This document shows, one piece after another, positions 31,520-35,789 of a stretch of DNA of 35,789 nucleotides; position 1 is the first letter of the stretch; each line of letters opens with the position of its first letter. Origin of the DNA: Spirogloea muscicola (taxonomy: Eukaryota); contig WELB01000002.1 in the NCBI GenBank assembly GCA_009602725.1, positions 910,151-945,939 of the forward strand, in the 5' to 3' direction. Below the pieces are notes generated by a model, which was not told the DNA's origin, ran no database searches, and worked only from the letters and a program-made list of their open reading frames with translations. Both the position numbers and the translations under genes were made by a program.

Positions 31520-34500
31520 TCAGTCAGGCGTTGGAAGCTGTATGTCATTGCTGTCACGTAGGTATGTGTTCAGCTCCATGGGCACATTCACACGGTCCAG
31601 CCAGTCGTGTAGCTCTTGGCTGTCCAATTTCTCTTCCTCTGAATCAATAACCAACTTGCTGTAGGTCAGGAGAAATGCTTTCGAAAAGATCTTCTCATGT
31701 TAGCTGTCTTACTATTCCTAGAGATGAGGACAACTTGCAAAGATAGGCGGCGGCCTTCATCAACATCTCGAACTGACTGAAGACACTGCATACCCCTCCG
31801 AGAGGCCTGCATCTTCGGTCCCACCTTCTAGCTGCCGTCCCAGGCCCTCCAGCACAGAAAGGTTGCTCTTCAGGACAACCTTTGCACAAGCCAGGGCGGC
31901 ATGAAGCATTGAGCCGACCTCCCTATGAACCAGCTCCGTGGTCTGTCCCTGCATGCCCTCACGTTAACAAGGGTCAACTGTTTGACCTCAGTGACGAAGG
32001 AGTCAGCTGGGCACACGTCCAGCCCTCAGAAGGCAAGGTTGACATGTCAGTATGCAGTGATGTGTGGAGCTTTAGAGTTTGATGAGCAGCATGCCTGATC
32101 CTTGCCCCAAGGGACTGCAGCTCCTCCACTCTCGTCAAGGCCTCCGCCTGAAAGAATAGGTAATGACAGTGGGCCCAGTGCAGCACTGAGCCCGTACTCT
32201 GCAACCACCTTATATGCCACGTCCGTCGCCCTCCTGATATCATCGGCAGCACCCGTCGAAATCCTGCCTGCAAAGGAAATCTCTTCTGCCGCTCTGCCGC
32301 CAAGCAGAGTCACCAAGCGGCCTTTCAGCTCGTCCAAGAAGAGCAGATATCTCTCTTCGCTCGGAGGAGGGATGTAGGTGAAACCCAGAGCTCCACCGCT
32401 TCGTGGCACAATGCTCAACTTCTGCACAGCAGTTCCGGTGTACAAGAAAAGCTCAAAACTAGTGATCAGCTCATCGCTTTTGACTTTGGCTTTGGCTTTG
32501 ACCAATCTCATACCCTTCGCAGCGATTTTTAAGCTTCTACTATCAAGTAGCAGTCAAGCAAGGCAGCCTGCCAGGGGCACATTACAACGGTGCACAGACC
32601 AAGCACCTCAACACGAGACTGCCCAGGTAGGATGCGAGCCACGGCCGTCCCGACGACTGCGTGACCAACTTCATGGCGTGCTACCACTCCTTTCTCGCTC
32701 TGGCCCATGCCTGACCTCTTCTTCTCAATGCCCTGCTTGAAGAGGAATGATGCAAGTCTTCTGTCAATTAGTGATTGCACTACCCTGGCCCTGAAGGAAG
32801 CTACTAAGTAAATAGCATATGCTTATAGATGTTGCCCTTTGTCTAAGGATACAATGCTGAGAAGATGACTTTGAGTACTTGCCAAAAAGCATGCTGGTAC
32901 TTACAGCAACAGCACGCTCCACGGCCTGGTCAAACTCTGCCTTCCCGACTACACTCTTAGTGGCTCGGCCAGCTAGCAAAGCTGCGTCGTTCACAAGGTT
33001 CGCCAAATCCGCCCTGTCAATTCATGGCAGCAAGCAAGGTGAGCCCTGATGAACACAAATAAGCATTGCAAGAAGGCAACGCCAAACATTTCACTGTACA
33101 TCAATGCACGGGTGGTTGGACAGATGGGTTGGCCTTATGTCATTCTGCACATGAATCATACAAGTGCACAACAATGAAGGGCCTGTATCTCGGAACACAC
33201 CCAGTGAAGCCTGAGGTAGCCTGAGCTACCAGACTGACATCGACGTCAGGCCCGAGCGGTAGCTTCTTATTTTGGAGGTGAACTGTGAGAATATGCTCCC
33301 GCCCTTTGCGGTCCGGCACCTCCACCTGTTTGACCACACTATTGCTTCAGCTTCTTCCAATATTGTACCAAAGCGCTGCCCTTACTGTCCACATTGCCCT
33401 CTACTTTACAGGCACGTCGCTTCTGTGCCAACCTGATAAGGCTCAACAAGAGCAACAATGTCGCAGTACAGAGGCTGGGCCCCAGGATGAAGACAGGGCT
33501 TACCGAGACTATGCGATCAAATCGGCCGGCACGACGCAGTGCAGGATCCAGCCCTGTTGGTGGCCGCCAGAACTATGACTGTGGAGCTGGTTTCAAACCC
33601 GTCAAGCTCCTGCAGCACTGGCATCTTGAATCAGCACAACCTTCAGGACAAGGAGGTCCTGAGGCTAAACCACCCACTAATCAGAGGGTCTTATCTTAGG
33701 TTGTTCTGTCTAGGTCAAAGAAGCTGTAGCCAAAGGCACATGCTCAAGTGCGACTTGCCGTCAAGAGCTGGTTCAATGTCTGCTCGCGCTCATCGTTGCC
33801 CACACTGCGTAGTCTCCCATCCCTGGCCTTTGCGACAGCATCAATCTGGCAGCATCAAACCCTCCAGATGTTGGCAGATGTGCATACAAAGGTGAAAGTG
33901 CAGAATGGCATAAGGAAGGAGGCCATTATGCAGGCAGGCGGCAGCAGTGCGCACAGCGGTCAGCCTCCTTCGTGAAGAAATGCCTTCTACTGTTGAAGCT
34001 CCTCTTGGGCACTCGAATACTGTTTCCATGACAACCATAGGACAAACACTAGTGGGGGTTGTACCTCGTCAATGAAGACAATAGCAGGGGCATCTCTCTT
34101 GGCTCTAGCAAAAAGGTCCCGGACTCGGGAAGCGCCCATGCCAACATACAGCTCCACGAACTCGCTGGCAGCGACACTGATGAATGGAACCTCTGCTTCT
34201 CCGGCTACTGCCTTTGCCAGCATGGTCTTGCCTGTCCCAGGTGGCCCTACCTGCCCCATACGAAGCGCATGCACACAGTTGGAGCAGTGCAAGGATTCTG
34301 AACGCCGTGGCTTAGGAAGAGCCTTACAAACATCTCTTGCACTCAGACATGCTCAGAGATGTATGACGCGGCATGACGGGGTCTGCGAATGAACATGGAG
34401 ACGAGGTGACAATACTCACCAATAGAATGCCCCTGGGAGGACGTGCCCCCAGTTTCAGATACCGATCAGGATCCCTCAGAAATGCCTGCCACATGAAGCC

Positions 34501-35789
34501 ATGTCGATACTGTGAGCTAAAGCCTGACAGGCTAGGAGCTGTCATGCTGGCATAACACAATCCTTGCATGCTCCTGAAGCACGACACAGGAGAAAGGCAA
34601 GCACCACGATCTCCTCAAGCTCCTCCTTGGCCTCATCAACACCCGCCACATCAGCGAATTTGACCATGGTGGAGCGATCTCGGCCCGACCCCGTCATCAA
34701 GCCCTTGCGTCCTCGCATTTGCCCAGTCCTCTGCAAGGGGCTACCATACCCAGCTCAGCAGCAGTCTCCAAGCGCAGCCGTTCACCGACAAGTACAACCA
34801 TCTCCAATTTGCATTTGCCCTTTTCTGCCTTGCAGGTCCTTGCACAAGTGAAAGGGGCAGGCTGCATGAGCTAATCTGGTTTGCAGCTCCAGATGGCAGT
34901 GCACACCTGCCCTGGCTTCGAAGACAAACGTCCCAACACACCCACTGTGATCCCCAAGTACAGGAGCGTCAGCTGCAACATGAAAGTTCGTGAGCGAGTA
35001 GATAAACCCGCAGGCATGTAGCAGCAAGGAACCACAGCCGCTCAGTCGCAAAGTGAGGTTGATGCATCAAGGAGCAACATAAGCGGCAAGCGATAAAGCT
35101 GATGATTGCCCTGCTGACCGTGAAAGAGTTGATGTACTTGAGGCGCCGGTCGGGCGCGCCGAATTCCACGACGTTGTTCACCATCTGCTGGTACGGCGTG
35201 GCCAAGTCGGCGGGCCGTGTGGTGGTGAACACGAGGCGCTCCTCGCCCGCCGCGACGGCGGAGCTTGCTGCCGCCTGCTGGGGCAGCAGCTTGTGGGCGC
35301 CCGACGCTCGCTTGCGCAGCGTGTACGTTAGGTGCAGGCCGTCAATCTCCACGCTCTGCACGTCGTTCCTGTTGACGCGCTGCAGGAACTCGCTGAACGG
35401 CACCACGGCGGCGGTGGCCACCTCGGGCTTCTCCGAGGCCGGGCCCCGCGGCCGCAGCGTGGCACAAAGACGGCCAAGACGGCCAGCTGCACCGCCATGG
35501 TACCAAGGTCCCGGGCCGTGAGGCCCAGATTCAGGCCGAGGTTCGACAGCCACGACTGCCACGACGACGAGCCCGGCCGCCGGCGCCGCCGCGGCGGCTG
35601 CTGCGGCGGAATTGGCGCGCCCGCCTGCACATTGGCCAGCGGCGCCGCCGCCGCAGCCGGTGGCTGCGGCGGCTGCGGCTGAGACGAGCCCTTGGCAGGC
35701 CGGGCCTCCGGCTGCTCCACCGCCGCCGCCTGCTGCTCGTCGTCGGCAGCGCCGTCGGGGCTGGCGCTCTGCCGCTCGCCCGCGCTGGC
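31520..35789 (-). pseudogene. FTSH7/9: FtsH7/9-like AAA+ zinc metalloprotease with two frameshifts (about 35463 and 33550); 5' end beyond the window. Exons >35789-35119, 34972-34907, 34730-34605, 34485-34420, 34250-34065, 33845-33759, 33609-33504, 33325-33201, 33013-32905, 32732-32607, 32421-32095, 31948-31825, 31638-31520
   Basis: VPFSEFL, FADVAGVDEAKEELEEIV, Walker A GPPGTGKT, Walker B VFIDE, NDEREQTLNQLLT/ELDGF, HEVGH zinc motif, GGALGFTYIPP, LLGGRAAEE, PWGKDQ/G. Family identity is secure; pseudogene status assumes the assembly is correct. Confidence 0.8.

Noticed and set aside
241..35789. Functional gene cluster or novel pathway around TOR
   Set aside because: The neighbours (chromatin, splicing, membrane trafficking, complex I, protease) share no pathway; ordinary gene-dense synteny explains the arrangement.

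Overview
Gene-dense, intron-rich eukaryotic nuclear DNA. The land-plant-type orthologues suggest a streptophyte green alga (inference; species not determinable). Manual splicing gives, in order: (1) an ATXR7/SET1-type H3K4 methyltransferase (+, 5' end unresolved); (2) minor-spliceosome U11/U12 snRNP 35K (-, 5' end in an N-gap, one 1-nt frameshift); (3) a fragment of a restriction-like-endonuclease (RLE) non-LTR retrotransposon (-) ending about 45 bp before the TOR ATG; (4) a complete 48-exon TOR kinase (+, about 2619 aa); (5) a lung-seven-TM (TMEM87/GPR107 family) gene (+); (6) complex I ferredoxin C1-FDX (+); (7) Rhizobiales-like phosphatase RLPH (-); (8) a possible orphan 5-exon gene (+) that the ORF track misses; (9) an FtsH7/9-like protease (-) with two independent frameshifts, i.e. 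a probable pseudogene. The most notable signals are the RLE retroelement in the SNRNP35/TOR divergent promoter, lesions in several neighbouring conserved genes (possible decaying duplicate segment), six GC-AG introns, and PPGF motifs in cis with the GYF domains of ATXR7. I found no convincing new multi-gene system. Homology calls are from recalled family motifs, not database searches.
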